Assembly: GCA_038883655.1 (NCBI GenBank) | Contig: JAVZLQ010000001.1 | Span: forward strand, 224,001-288,000 | Direction: 5' to 3' | DNA: 64,000 nt | DNA from: Candidatus Bathyarchaeia archaeon | GTDB taxonomy: Archaea > Thermoproteota > Bathyarchaeia > Bathyarchaeales > Bathycorpusculaceae | Part shown: in pieces, positions 36,983-47,650 of the stretch | Numbering within the stretch: position 1 is the stretch's first letter | How the letters are laid out: every line of letters starts with the position of its first letter | Program-made: the position numbers and the translations under genes | Notes under the pieces: generated by a model | Databases searched by the model: none | The model's input: the letters and a program-made list of their open reading frames with translations, nothing else | What the model was told of the DNA's origin: nothing

Positions 36983-37888
36983 ATGTTTGAGAGGCTCAAG
37001 TCTGGCTTAAAAGGGCTAGTAAACAAGGTTACAACAACAGAGCTTAAAGCTGAAAACCTCCGCCCAATACTTTCCGAATTTAAAATAAGCCTTGTGGAAA
37101 ACGATGTGGCTTTTCCAGTAGCGGAGAAAATCTGCGATGAAATGGAAAAGCGACTAGACGGCGTACAAGTTAAAAGGCTTGAAGACCGCAAGAAAATTGT
37201 TGAAAAAAACCTAAGGGAAGTACTCCTTGAAGTAATGCTCACAAACAACAAGATAGACCTTTTCAGAGCCATCGAAGAAAAGCGCAAAAAGGGCGAGCCC
37301 TTCGTCATAATTTTTGTCGGAATAAATGGCACCGGGAAAACGACAACAATCGCCAAAGTTGCTAACCTCCTAACAAAAAAGGGTTATTCCGTCGTTCTAG
37401 CATGCAGCGACACTTATAGAGCTGGCTCCATAGAACAACTGGAAGAACACGCAAAGCGCTTGGGAATAAGGATGGTTAAGCACAAGTACGGCGCGGATCC
37501 AGCCGCAGTAGCCTACGACACGATAAGTCACGCAAAAGCTCATGGAATAAACGTTGTTTTGATAGATACTGCTGGAAGAATTCAAACGAACAGGAACTTA
37601 ATGAACGAACTCGCAAAAATAAAACGCGTAGTAAACCCAGACTTGACCATTTTAACGGTTGACTCACTTACGGGTAATGATGCAGTCATGCAGGCAGAAG
37701 AATTTCATAAAAGCGTGGGCATAGACGCAACGATACTGACAAAAGTGGACGCGGACATAAAGGGCGGCTCAGCCATAAGCGTAACATACATAACAAAAAA
37801 GCCAATACTTTTCATTGGAACAGGACAGACATACAACGACCTAGAAGACTTTAACCCAGAAAAATTCGTACAAATAATATTAAAATAG
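36983..37888 (+). CDS. ftsY: Signal recognition particle receptor FtsY
   Basis: GINGTGKTTT, DTYRAG, DTAGR, TKVD motifs. Confidence 0.95.
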   Translation: MFERLKSGLKGLVNKVTTTELKAENLRPILSEFKISLVENDVAFPVAEKICDEMEKRLDGVQVKRLEDRKKIVEKNLREVLLEVMLTNNKIDLFRAIEEKRKKGEPFVIIFVGINGTGKTTTIAKVANLLTKKGYSVVLACSDTYRAGSIEQLEEHAKRLGIRMVKHKYGADPAAVAYDTISHAKAHGINVVLIDTAGRIQTNRNLMNELAKIKRVVNPDLTILTVDSLTGNDAVMQAEEFHKSVGIDATILTKVDADIKGGSAISVTYITKKPILFIGTGQTYNDLEDFNPEKFVQIILK

Positions 37889-37909
37889 CAAATTAAAAAT
37901 TACGAATGT

Positions 37910-38851
37910 TCAACTTTTATGTAGCTTATTGTTAATTTGCCTATTCTTCAGCAGTTCCAACAGTATTGCCTTTGCAGAATATAGCCTATTCTCGCTTTGT
38001 TCATATATTATCGATTTTGGACTTTCGATAATGTCTTCGCTTATTTCGTAGCCTCGGTGTATTGGCATGTCATGCATTATGTAGGCGCCGCTGCCTTTTA
38101 ACAGTTCCTTGTTTATTTGATATGGCATCATAGTTTTGATGCGCTTTTCCTTTTCTGCTGCATATTTTGGGTCTAGGAAGAATTCCATGTCAACCCACGT
38201 GTCCGTGTAAACAAAATCCGCGTCTTTAACCGCATCTTTGACATTTAATGTTGTTTCCCATAGTCCAGTTCTCCTCGCGTTTTCCAGAAGCTCGTCATCC
38301 CGTGATGGCTCGTTGAATATTGGCGTTACGGTTGTTATTTTAACCCCTGTTTTTGTGCATCCCTCTATAAGCGAGTTGCAAACGTTGTTATGAATACCAA
38401 TATAAACAAGCTTTAGTCCTTCAAGTTTTCCCTTCTTTTCCTTCATCGTCATTAGGTCTGCAATTGCTTGGCTTGGATGATATTTCTCGTCACACCCGTT
38501 AATTACTGGGACACGAGAGGCTTTAGCCATAACCTGTAAATCGGCGTTTCGAAGCAGCCTAGCCATTATACAATCCACGTTACGCGACAAATACTGCGTC
38601 TCATCATAAACATCCGCCAAAGTAAAGTTTGTCGTCCTCCAGTCAATGTAAAGGGCGTGACCACCAAGTTGCGTCATAGCAACCTCAAAGGAAACGCGCG
38701 TCCGCGTGGAGGTTTTCTGGAAAATCATGGCTAGAGACTTGCCAGCCAAAGCCTCCTTATACTTTTCTGGGTTACGCTTAACCTCAATTCCCATGTCAAT
38801 GATTTTCATCAACTGTTGACCAGACAACTCCTTAAAGTTGATTAAATGCAT
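37910..38851 (-). CDS. argF: Ornithine carbamoyltransferase-family transcarbamylase
   Basis: STRTR carbamoyl-phosphate motif, HPSQ, ENR; variant DTWVDME and HDMP motifs. Confidence 0.8.
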   Translation of the reverse strand: MHLINFKELSGQQLMKIIDMGIEVKRNPEKYKEALAGKSLAMIFQKTSTRTRVSFEVAMTQLGGHALYIDWRTTNFTLADVYDETQYLSRNVDCIMARLLRNADLQVMAKASRVPVINGCDEKYHPSQAIADLMTMKEKKGKLEGLKLVYIGIHNNVCNSLIEGCTKTGVKITTVTPIFNEPSRDDELLENARRTGLWETTLNVKDAVKDADFVYTDTWVDMEFFLDPKYAAEKEKRIKTMMPYQINKELLKGSGAYIMHDMPIHRGYEISEDIIESPKSIIYEQSENRLYSAKAILLELLKNRQINNKLHKS

Positions 38852-38978
38852 GATTTCACCCGCTTCCAGACAAAACCATAATGTTCAAGTTATAAAATTT
38901 TCCGATTAAATAGGAATGGTTTACCCATAAACAAGAATAGAAAGTGAAGCATAGTAACAGTGGAAGGAGGGTTCAAAA

Positions 38979-39803
38979 ATAATACTGTTGGTAGCTTCGA
39001 AGAAGGATATTGCAAGTTTAAACATTCTAAAACAAGTGCTAGACAACCATCCTTTTGAAAGAAAGAGCGAAATCTTTGATGAAAACCCGGTTTACGAAGC
39101 TAAAATCAATAATAGAAGCGTTAAACTTGTAACCTTAAACCAAGAGTCTATTTACGCCCAAAACCTCACAGATTTTTTCGCGAATCCAGAACTTGTGATT
39201 TTTATTTCAAGGCACAGCAGCGAAAGTGGAACTCCAACGCTTTCCGTGCACCCCCCAGGAAATCTCGGCAACGCGGAACTAGGCGGGCTTCCGAGAAACG
39301 TTTCTGTTTCGCCAGCTAACGCCATGAGAGATACCCTAATGAACATGGTGATGCTTAAAAAGGAAATGCAACTTCAGTATGATGTGTGTTATGAGTGTAC
39401 ACATCATGGTCCATCCTTAAACGTGCCAACGATGTTTGCTGAACTGGGAAGTTCTCCAAAGCAATGGTCTGACTTAGAGGCTGCAGAAGCTGTTGCCAAC
39501 GCAGTAATGAATGCCATAACACAGTTTGGTACATCTAAGGCCAAGGCGGTTCTTGGAATAGGTGGGCCACATTATAATGCCAAGTTTACGAGGATAGCCA
39601 TCGAAGGCGAAATAGCTTTCGGCCACATAATTCCGAAGTACGCCATTCCCTATGTTGATGCTGAAATTCTAAAGCAATGTATGAGGAAAACTTTTGAAAA
39701 GGTCGAATATGCTGTTTTAGATTGGAAAGGGATAAAAGGCGAGGATAAACTGAAAGTTGTTAAAATGCTTGATAAGATTGGGCTTCGGTATGAGAAGGTT
39801 TAG
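38979..39803 (+). CDS. dtdA: D-aminoacyl-tRNA deacylase (archaeal DTD2 type)
   Basis: SRHSS, ECTHHGP, ELGS, GGPHY, GHIIPKY, DWKG; probable ATA start at 38979. Confidence 0.9.
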   Translation: MILLVASKKDIASLNILKQVLDNHPFERKSEIFDENPVYEAKINNRSVKLVTLNQESIYAQNLTDFFANPELVIFISRHSSESGTPTLSVHPPGNLGNAELGGLPRNVSVSPANAMRDTLMNMVMLKKEMQLQYDVCYECTHHGPSLNVPTMFAELGSSPKQWSDLEAAEAVANAVMNAITQFGTSKAKAVLGIGGPHYNAKFTRIAIEGEIAFGHIIPKYAIPYVDAEILKQCMRKTFEKVEYAVLDWKGIKGEDKLKVVKMLDKIGLRYEKV

Positions 39804-39902
39804 AACGGGAAAATTTAATAGAAATGGACTTGAATAGTTATTACCACTCGAGTTTACAGTAACCTTTATATCAGATTTAAAGTGTTGAGTTTGGGAAGAA
39901 CC

Positions 39903-40076
39903 ATGGGCTTAAGGTCATTCCTATCCCAATGCGCAAGGACATTAAAACTTGCAGTAAAACCAGGAAAGAGCGAGCTTTGGCTATCAATAAAAATATGCTT
40001 TCTAGGTTTAGGCGTAATAGGTGTACTAGGATTTATAATCAAAATGCTTGCTTCAGCTTTAATGGGCGGGGCGTAA
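39903..40076 (+). CDS. secE: Protein translocase subunit SecE/Sec61 gamma
   Basis: LKLAVKPGKSE then single TM; upstream of spt5. Confidence 0.88.
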   Translation: MGLRSFLSQCARTLKLAVKPGKSELWLSIKICFLGLGVIGVLGFIIKMLASALMGGA

Positions 40077-40089
40077 GAAGGAGAAAACA

Positions 40090-40578
40090 ATGGAGAAAAA
40101 AACTGAAGAAACTCCAACAAAAATTTTTGCTGTAAAAACAACAACTGGACAAGAAAGGAACGTAGCCAAACTTGTAGCTGCAAGGGTCGAAATGAACAAA
40201 ATTCCAATAAAAGCAATTCTCGTGCCAGAAATCTTAAGAGGATTCATTTTCGTGGAGGCTGAGGGTCCGCATCTTGTGCAAAGGGCTATAGAAGGCGTGA
40301 GGCATGTGCGTGGAATGCGAATGGAGTTTGTGAACTTCACGGAAATCGAAAAGTACATTGTTAGAAAACCGATTATTGAGGAGTTAAGCGAAAACCAAAT
40401 TGTAGAAATTACAGGTGGGCCGTTCAAGGGTATGCGTGCAAAAATAACCCGCGTGGACAAGGCAAAGGAAGAAGTCACATTAGAACTGCTTGAAGCCACA
40501 TTCACATTGCCAATAACCGTACATTCTGACTATGTGAAGCTTGTCACAAAAGCAGAAACAAAAGGAGAAGAAGAATAA
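40090..40578 (+). CDS. spt5: Transcription elongation factor Spt5
   Basis: [20 protein letters not shown] motif [10 protein letters not shown]. Confidence 0.95.
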   Translation: MEKKTEETPTKIFAVKTTTGQERNVAKLVAARVEMNKIPIKAILVPEILRGFIFVEAEGPHLVQRAIEGVRHVRGMRMEFVNFTEIEKYIVRKPIIEELSENQIVEITGGPFKGMRAKITRVDKAKEEVTLELLEATFTLPITVHSDYVKLVTKAETKGEEE

Positions 40579-40579
40579 A

Positions 40580-41074
40580 ATGGGCGAGAAAAAGATTGTT
40601 GAACTGCTAGTAAGCGGTGGACAAGCCACTGCTGGACCGCCATTAGGCCCGGCTTTGGGACCTTTGGGCGTTAACGTTATGGCTATTGTGAATAAGATAA
40701 ACGAGCTTACGAAGGATTATGCTGGAATGAAGGTTCCAGTGAAGGTTGCCGTTGACCCTGAAACCAAGGCTTTTGAGGTAAGCGTGGGAACGCCGACGAC
40801 TTCAGCGTTGATTGTGAGCGAGCTTAAGATTGAGAAGGGTTCTGGTGCTCCTAAGACGCAGAAGGTTGGGAATTTGACTATGGAGCAAGTCATACGTATA
40901 GCGAAAATTAAGCGGCATGAACTCCTTGCAAAGACTTTGAAGGGTGCTGTTAAAGAGGTTTTGGGTAGCTGTGTCAGCATGGGTGTTACTGTTGATGGCA
41001 AAGACCCTAAAGAGGTTCAGGCGGAAATCGATGAGGGCAAGTATGACCAAGTGCTTAGCAAAAGTGAGGGATAA
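40580..41074 (+). CDS. rpl11: 50S ribosomal protein L11
   Basis: [25 protein letters not shown]. Confidence 0.95.
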   Translation: MGEKKIVELLVSGGQATAGPPLGPALGPLGVNVMAIVNKINELTKDYAGMKVPVKVAVDPETKAFEVSVGTPTTSALIVSELKIEKGSGAPKTQKVGNLTMEQVIRIAKIKRHELLAKTLKGAVKEVLGSCVSMGVTVDGKDPKEVQAEIDEGKYDQVLSKSEG

Positions 41075-41124
41075 GAACACTTTTATAAGCGCTTTGCATT
41101 CCTTTTTGGCGCGGGGTCACTGAA

Positions 41125-41775
41125 ATGCCCTTAGACCAGAAGACAATTTTAAACGCGGTTAAAGAAGCAAAGGAGAAGTCAAAGGAGAGGAACTTCTCCC
41201 AATCAATAGAGCTTGTTCTAAGCCTAAAAGACATTGACATGAAATCTTCTGAAGGCAAACTTCAAGAAATAATTGAACTGCCGTACTTGCCAGGGAAGCA
41301 GAATAAGATATGCGTTATAGCCTCTGGTGAGCTTGCACTTAAAGCGAAAAGGGCGAATGCTGACCTCGTGATTGAAAAGCCGGAACTTGAGGGGTTAGCT
41401 GGTAAGAAAAAGGAATTGCGGAAAATAGCAAACGATTATGACTTCTTCATTGCCGAGGCTCCGTTAATGCCCCTTGTTGGAAAGGTTTTGGGTCCAGTTT
41501 TGGGTCCGCGTGGCAAAATGCCAATTCCAGTTCCGCCTACAGCAGACATTGAAAGTTTACTAGCGAAACATCGTAAAACCGTTGTTATTAGGATGCGCAA
41601 CCAGCCAGTTTTGCAGTGTCGTGTTGGCGCGGAGAACATGAAGGAGGAGGAAATAGCCGAAAATATTCTGGCTGTTTTGAGGGTTGTTGAGGGAAAACTT
41701 AAAAAGGGAATTAAGAACATCAAGTTCGCCTACATAAAAACAACGATGGGCTCCCCCGTCAAAATCAAGCCATGA
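41125..41775 (+). CDS. rpl1: 50S ribosomal protein L1
   Basis: RNFSQSIEL, LGPRGKMP, KTTMG. Confidence 0.95.
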   Translation: MPLDQKTILNAVKEAKEKSKERNFSQSIELVLSLKDIDMKSSEGKLQEIIELPYLPGKQNKICVIASGELALKAKRANADLVIEKPELEGLAGKKKELRKIANDYDFFIAEAPLMPLVGKVLGPVLGPRGKMPIPVPPTADIESLLAKHRKTVVIRMRNQPVLQCRVGAENMKEEEIAENILAVLRVVEGKLKKGIKNIKFAYIKTTMGSPVKIKP

Positions 41776-41779
41776 AGAG

Positions 41780-42673
41780 ATGAAGGCGATGCCATCCCAA
41801 CAAGTCCTACAAGAAAAGGTCAACGAAGTTGAAAGGATAAAACAGCTTCTAACGCGGTACAGGGTTATCGGCGTTGCTGGACTGCAGAAGGTTAGGGCTT
41901 CTCAACTTCAAGAACTCAAAAAAAGCTTGGCAGACAAGGTGCACATGAAAGTCATAAAAAACACGCTTATGAGAATCGCTATTGAGAACTGCAGGGAAAA
42001 GCCAGAACTAAAAAAACTTTGCGAACATTTAACAGGCTCAAACGTGTATTTGTTCACCAACCTAAACCCATTCACATTAGCGCTTATTCTTGAGAAGGGC
42101 AAGGTTAAGACAACAGCTAAGGCGGGTGACACAGCAGCATTCGACGTTATAGTGCCAGCTGGAAACACTGGACAGCCTCCAGGACCAATTATAAGTCAGT
42201 TGAACGCTGTTGGTTTGCCAACACGGATCGAGTCTGGAAGCGTTTGGATTAGCAGGGACACGTTGGTTGTGAGGAAAGGCGAAGTTATTGACGAGCGGTT
42301 AGCAAGCGTATTATCAAAGCTTGGAATAAAACCTGTTGAAGCTGGGCTTTCAATGAAAGTTGTTTATGACAATGGCTTGATAATAACCCAAGAGCATCTC
42401 CAGCTAGACATTAATGGTGTAAAACAAAACATTGAAAGGGCACATTTTGACGCCTTCGCGTTATCCTTAAGCGTAGCTTACCCGACAAAGGAAAACGCAA
42501 TTGCACTATTGCAAATCGCCCACAGAGAGGCGCATGCCCTTTCAATCAATGCTGCCATACCCACGAGGGAAACAATAGCGGATTTAATTAGAAAGGCGCA
42601 TATGCAAATGCTAAGTTTAAGTAGTAGACTGCCCAATTTAGAGGAAAAAGTCGTTTCGGGTGAAAAGCCTTAA
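41780..42673 (+). CDS. rpl10: 50S ribosomal protein L10 (P0)
   Basis: KNTL, TNLNPF, PAGNTGQPPGP, KLGIKP. Confidence 0.95.
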   Translation: MKAMPSQQVLQEKVNEVERIKQLLTRYRVIGVAGLQKVRASQLQELKKSLADKVHMKVIKNTLMRIAIENCREKPELKKLCEHLTGSNVYLFTNLNPFTLALILEKGKVKTTAKAGDTAAFDVIVPAGNTGQPPGPIISQLNAVGLPTRIESGSVWISRDTLVVRKGEVIDERLASVLSKLGIKPVEAGLSMKVVYDNGLIITQEHLQLDINGVKQNIERAHFDAFALSLSVAYPTKENAIALLQIAHREAHALSINAAIPTRETIADLIRKAHMQMLSLSSRLPNLEEKVVSGEKP

Positions 42674-42711
42674 AAAGGTTGAAAGTATTTGGAATGAAGA
42701 GGTGAAAAGAT

Positions 42712-43035
42712 ATGGAGTACATTTACGCTGCAATGCTCCTTCACAAGGCTGGAAAACCAATAAACGAAGAAAACCTAACACAAGTTTTGTCAGCCGCAGG
42801 AATAAACGTTGATGCAGTTCGCGTTAAAGCGCTTGTAGCCTCCCTAGCAGAAGTCAACATTGAAGAAGCAATAAAATCAGCTCCAACGATGATGGCTGCT
42901 CCAGTGGCAGCACCAGCTGCAGCAGCGCAATCGGCGGAGGCTAAGCCGAAAGAGGAAGAGAAGAAGAAAAAAGCGGAGGAAGAGAAAGCCAGAGAGGAAG
43001 AAGCCCTGGAAGGCTTAGGAGCATTGTTCGGCTAA
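42712..43035 (+). CDS. rpl12: 50S ribosomal protein L12 (aP1)
   Basis: [11 protein letters not shown], Ala-rich hinge, GLGALFG C-terminus. Confidence 0.95.
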   Translation: MEYIYAAMLLHKAGKPINEENLTQVLSAAGINVDAVRVKALVASLAEVNIEEAIKSAPTMMAAPVAAPAAAAQSAEAKPKEEEKKKKAEEEKAREEEALEGLGALFG

Positions 43036-44046
43036 ATCTTGGGCGTGTTTCTCTTTACTTTTGATGCTTTTCCAAATTGCGATTGGTATCCAACCGCACA
43101 CAATCATTAGTGTTCCTGGAAAGGCTCTCAGTTCAGTGTTGAGTATGAACGTTTCGAATGCGAAGAAGGATATGCACATGGCGGCTATCGACCAGAGCAT
43201 TGCTTTTTTGCCGAATTTTTTTGCCGTTTGTATTCCGATTATTCCGGCGAAGAAGAAGTCTCCCAACCCTAAAGACATGTAAAGCATGCTTCCGTCAATC
43301 ATTATTGTTGGGACTGTTGGTATTGTTACGAGTATGGGCAACCTTAAGCTTGAAACGTGTCTAGCCGCGGAAACCATTGTGCCAGTAAATAGGACCAAGA
43401 TTACGTCTGCAAGTGTCAGCAGTCCAACGAAAATTAATGTTGTTTTCCACGTGAACACGCTTCCAATATAGATTATCACGAGTATTGCGAATATCACCCC
43501 ATAAGCGTTTATGAGGTAGGAAAACCATGCGGGTGTTCCGCTGAAAAATAGGTATAGGCAGAGGAAAAGTGCTGGCGGCAATATTGCCATGTGAAACCTT
43601 TCTTTTGTGCTTTCCCTCAAGTTTTCGTGTAATAATGCGATGTAGGCAAAGCTTGATAGGCATGTTAGGGCTAGTCCACCATAAGCCACCATGGTGTTTG
43701 TGCCGAATTTGAAAAAGCTTGTTATTGCGGCTACTAGGGATATGGCGAAAAATGTTAGGAAGAATGCTTTTGCTTTTGGCTTTGAAATGTCTGAGAAGAT
43801 GTAGGTGAATAGGAAAAGGAGCATGGAATAGGAGAATAGGAACATCGTCATAACGGCAGTTTGTGGAACAAAAACAATTAAGGAAACTGTTACACTTATT
43901 GCCGCCACAAGCAAAACAGTGTCTTTTACGCCAAACTTTCTCTCTTCCAAAGACTTCTTCAGTTTTCCCTCGCTTTTCTCGCTAAGCATCACGGCTATGA
44001 GCGTAACTGCGAAAAGGGTCAAGGGCATGGCGACGTCGAATTGCAT
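43015..44046 (-). CDS. Presenilin/signal-peptide-peptidase-like intramembrane aspartyl protease
   Basis: LADVILV..TGTMV first Asp, LGLGDF GxGD motif, AFPG PAL-like motif; polytopic. Confidence 0.75.
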   Translation of the reverse strand: MQFDVAMPLTLFAVTLIAVMLSEKSEGKLKKSLEERKFGVKDTVLLVAAISVTVSLIVFVPQTAVMTMFLFSYSMLLFLFTYIFSDISKPKAKAFFLTFFAISLVAAITSFFKFGTNTMVAYGGLALTCLSSFAYIALLHENLRESTKERFHMAILPPALFLCLYLFFSGTPAWFSYLINAYGVIFAILVIIYIGSVFTWKTTLIFVGLLTLADVILVLFTGTMVSAARHVSSLRLPILVTIPTVPTIMIDGSMLYMSLGLGDFFFAGIIGIQTAKKFGKKAMLWSIAAMCISFFAFETFILNTELRAFPGTLMIVCGWIPIAIWKSIKSKEKHAQDLAEQCS

Positions 44047-44071
44047 AGATGCAAAATATGAAAACAAACAT

Positions 44072-44929
44072 TTAAACCTTAGAAGCAAAAGTGATGTTGA
44101 AAATCGCCAAAGTAGCAATTATCGCCTCCTCAGTTCTCACGGTTTCCGTCCCTTGCATTGGAATAGTGTTAACAACAAAGTCCACAATGTCGTCTAAGGC
44201 TAGCCCTTCCAACCTTGCTATTTCGTACAGTCCTTGTGTTGGGGCTCCAAAAATCAAAAGTATGTTTTTGGCTTTTTCCAATTCTCCCCCTATGTCCTCA
44301 GCAACGTCTGAAAAGGGAACACCATATTTGGAGGTTGCAATCGTCAAGTCGAAATCACCTTCCTTCAACATTTTTCCAATCGTTTTCCTTTCAGCAACAA
44401 CATTGTAACCCCAATAATATGGTATCTCTTCGCGACTCGCAGCGGCTACTTCCACTTGCCCGTCAATCCTCGTAACTTTAACTGTTAGGCGCTGGTTTTT
44501 GGCTATTTGTCTATTAGGTATTAGCGCTGTTTTCTCTACACCAATATCTACTCGCGTGCCGTCCTTGTCACTTGATACTGTCACGCCTTCGCGGTACTCA
44601 CCAACCTTCAAATCCTTTATTCTGCGGTTCAGTGGATGATGAGGCGTCCTAAGCGGAGGCAACACCCCAGCATATTTCAATTGTGGCTTCAGTTTAAAAA
44701 GTCGTTTTCTCAAATATTGCGGAGTTTCCATATAAGCGAGTAGTGTGGCAATCAAATTCATGTCTGCAGCTTGTTTAACATTTGGATTATCCATATAAAT
44801 TATGATTTCGTTAATCCTAAAGATTGCTGATGCTCTTCCAATCAAACCTATTTTGGCAGTTTTTTCCCGTAAGTGTGGAGTGTCGGAAACAACCGATGCT
44901 GGTATAGCTATGGAAATTTTCTTCTTCAA
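44072..44929 (-). CDS. SPOUT-class RNA methyltransferase (DUF171/SPOUT1-like)
   Basis: SIAIPAS, ETPQYLRK, GVLPPLRTPHH, NTIPMQGTETVRTEEA. Confidence 0.9.
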   Translation of the reverse strand: MKKKISIAIPASVVSDTPHLREKTAKIGLIGRASAIFRINEIIIYMDNPNVKQAADMNLIATLLAYMETPQYLRKRLFKLKPQLKYAGVLPPLRTPHHPLNRRIKDLKVGEYREGVTVSSDKDGTRVDIGVEKTALIPNRQIAKNQRLTVKVTRIDGQVEVAAASREEIPYYWGYNVVAERKTIGKMLKEGDFDLTIATSKYGVPFSDVAEDIGGELEKAKNILLIFGAPTQGLYEIARLEGLALDDIVDFVVNTIPMQGTETVRTEEAIIATLAIFNITFASKV

Positions 44930-45034
44930 GACTTGCTCCCGATCAATAGGTAATTGGTTAGTTTTGCTTAAAAGATTTGATAAATAGCCTAAAACATAAT
45001 AGGTTATGCCGCAGAGTTTAATAGGTGAACTAAG

Positions 45035-46144
45035 TTGTCGAAAAGCGAAATTCTTGATGATTTAAGCGAGATTAAAAAGATTGACAAAAGTAACATGCTT
45101 TCGTTCTGTGTTGACTTCGCAAAACATTGTGAAGAGGCAGTAAAACTAGCCAAAAATGTGAATTTAAGCTATCCAAAACCAGAGGCAATAATTGTTGCTG
45201 GTATGGGCGGTTCTGCCATAAGCGGTGAACTGCTGAAAGACTGGGCTAGAGAGAAAGTCGCTGTTCCAATTGAAGTTTGCCGCGAATATTCCCTACCTGC
45301 ATATGCAAACCGTAGAACGCTTGTTTTCGTAATAAGCTATTCTGGAGAAACCGAGGAGTCGCTAAGTGTTTACTTGGACGCAATTAAAAAGAAGTGTATG
45401 ACTGTATGCCTAAGCTCTGGCGGCACGCTGCAAAAATTCGCGGAGAAAATGGAAGTGCCAAATTTAACTGTTCCTTCTGGCATCGCCCCAAGAGCAGCGC
45501 TTCCTTACCTGTTTGTGCCCTTACCAATATTTTTGGGGAAGTTTAACCTAGTCTCTGGGGTTAACTCTGAAATTTCAGAAGCCCTAAACTTGTTAAAAGT
45601 TGTATGCGCTGCAAATGTTCCGGACAAGCCTTTAAAAGAGAACTTTTCCAAGAAACTCGCTTTGGATATTTATGGCACAGTTCCAGTGATTTATGGTTTT
45701 GGCATTTATCGTGCGGTTGCCCAGCGCCTCAAACAACAATTTAACGAGAACAGTAAGATTCTGTCAAAATGGGAAAGTTTTCCAGAAATTAACCACAATG
45801 AAATTGTCGGCTGGGAATCCGCTGAAGAGTTTGCAAGGCTTTTCTCGGTTATTTTCCTTAGAGATGCCTCTGAGCCGGAAGCCATACGCGAAAGGATTGT
45901 AGTTACGCAGGAGTTGATAAGTAAGGCATTTGTCAAAACTTTTGAGATACATGGCATCGGCAAAGGTGTTTTGGCTAGAATGTTATCCGCTGTTTGCATG
46001 GGCGATTTCGTGTCGGTTTATTTGGCTATACTCCGCGGTTTAGACCCAACACCTGTCAAAACAATAGCCTTATTGAAGGATAGAATGAAGCGTGTTGGCG
46101 TTAGGGAAAAAGTGATAAGTGAACTGCAAAAGCTCGTAAAGTGA
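45035..46144 (+). CDS. Bifunctional phosphoglucose/phosphomannose isomerase
   Basis: GMGGSAI, SYSGETEE, PRAA, NENSK, PEINHNE. Confidence 0.92.
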   Translation: MSKSEILDDLSEIKKIDKSNMLSFCVDFAKHCEEAVKLAKNVNLSYPKPEAIIVAGMGGSAISGELLKDWAREKVAVPIEVCREYSLPAYANRRTLVFVISYSGETEESLSVYLDAIKKKCMTVCLSSGGTLQKFAEKMEVPNLTVPSGIAPRAALPYLFVPLPIFLGKFNLVSGVNSEISEALNLLKVVCAANVPDKPLKENFSKKLALDIYGTVPVIYGFGIYRAVAQRLKQQFNENSKILSKWESFPEINHNEIVGWESAEEFARLFSVIFLRDASEPEAIRERIVVTQELISKAFVKTFEIHGIGKGVLARMLSAVCMGDFVSVYLAILRGLDPTPVKTIALLKDRMKRVGVREKVISELQKLVK

Positions 46145-47221
46145 TTAGGTTTTCCCAGAGATAAAATCATCAAACATTTTTTCAGCTTCTTCTATTGGTA
46201 AGAGTTTAGGCGGATTTTTGAAGGCGTAGGCGCAAATTGGTAACACAGCCCCCTTCATTCCTCTGTTCAAAGCTATTTTTACAGCTCTTATCACGTCGAA
46301 GAGGACCGAACCAGCGTTTGGCGCGTCAACTGTTGAAAGCTTCAAGTCTATCTGCATGGGCGTGTTACAGAAGTAGAAGCCCCTAATCCAGAAGTAGCTG
46401 TCCCTTCTGTTATCTAGAAAATCAACGTAGTCCATTGAGCCAGCGACAACCTCTGCCTTATACGGCAAGGCAGCCTCAACAGAACGCGTTTTAACAACAC
46501 GCTTAACCTCTTTTGTACGCTCCAAAGTATCTAAGGATTCTGTGCCCCCGCCAACATCAAGCTGATATGTTTCAGTTACGCGAACGCCATGCATTGACAA
46601 GAGCCTCAACAAAGTTTTATGCAAAGTTGTCGCTCCCACCTGGTCGATTAAGTCGTCGCCGACAACTGGAAGTCTCGCTCTCTCAAATTTTTCAACCCAT
46701 GCTTTGTCGCTTGCTATGAAAGCTGGCGTTGCATTGATGAAGGCGCACCCAGCGCTTAATGCTTGTTCAGCATACCATTGAGAAGCCTTCAAGGCTCCGC
46801 TTGGGAGCAGATTTAACATAATCTCAGCACCGCTTTCCTCAAGAGTCCTCTTAACATTTGCTTCTGGCTGACCGCTTATTTGAACAACTTTCTTCGTGTA
46901 TTCCCCGACGCCATCAAGGACTGGCCCCTTCTGCACAACTATGCCCATCAGCGGAACATCAACTATTTTTGGAGCGTTGTTTGGCTGTGCAAATATCGCT
47001 TGAGCTAAATCCATCCCAACTTTTCGGCTGTCTATATCGAATGCCGCAACAACTTGTATATCTCTTGGATGTAATCCGCCCAAAAAGAGGTGGCGTAATC
47101 CCAAGTCTTCTCTCTCTTTCTCGCAGTTGCAATAGTATCTTAAGCCTTGAATTAAAGCAGATGCACAATTTCCAACACCTGCTATCGCCACTTTTATCTT
47201 CGGCAATTTGAGTTCCTCCAA
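46145..47221 (-). CDS. Inositol-3-phosphate synthase-like protein (divergent)
   Basis: GVGNCAS, AAFDID..KVG, GDD, QVGAT, DAPNAG, KNPP. Confidence 0.75.
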   Translation of the reverse strand: MEELKLPKIKVAIAGVGNCASALIQGLRYYCNCEKEREDLGLRHLFLGGLHPRDIQVVAAFDIDSRKVGMDLAQAIFAQPNNAPKIVDVPLMGIVVQKGPVLDGVGEYTKKVVQISGQPEANVKRTLEESGAEIMLNLLPSGALKASQWYAEQALSAGCAFINATPAFIASDKAWVEKFERARLPVVGDDLIDQVGATTLHKTLLRLLSMHGVRVTETYQLDVGGGTESLDTLERTKEVKRVVKTRSVEAALPYKAEVVAGSMDYVDFLDNRRDSYFWIRGFYFCNTPMQIDLKLSTVDAPNAGSVLFDVIRAVKIALNRGMKGAVLPICAYAFKNPPKLLPIEEAEKMFDDFISGKT

Positions 47222-47365
47222 ACTTGCATTTCATATTTCACGGCTGCTTTATAAAACGCTATGCTCTAAGATAGCTTAAGGGCAAGATTAAAGTGGCAGG
47301 TAATTCGGTTTAAGCTAAAACTTTACTATTGATTTCTCTCTTTAATGCATAGAGGCTGTTGAAGG

Positions 47366-47596
47366 ATGAAAGCTTACTTGGACGTGGCTGTTTTGCGCTG
47401 TCCAGATTGCGGGCGCTTTTATGTTGATGCATCATGGTATGTTATTGAAATGGAGTCCGACATCAAGTGCGGAAGCTGCAAGGCAGAATTTAACAGTAAA
47501 AAGAACGCGATGGATAGAGTTCTGCTCGAGTTTCAAGTTGACGATAATGGTAAGATAGAAAAAGTGAAAATAGCTGAACATTTAAAACTAGAATAA
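47366..47596 (+). CDS. Small zinc-ribbon protein
   Basis: CPDC ... CGSC. Confidence 0.7.
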   Translation: MKAYLDVAVLRCPDCGRFYVDASWYVIEMESDIKCGSCKAEFNSKKNAMDRVLLEFQVDDNGKIEKVKIAEHLKLE

Positions 47597-47650
47597 CGCT
47601 TATGCTGTGGTAAGGCTTAGGCTTAAAGAGCCTAGAGAGGCTGAACAGAA

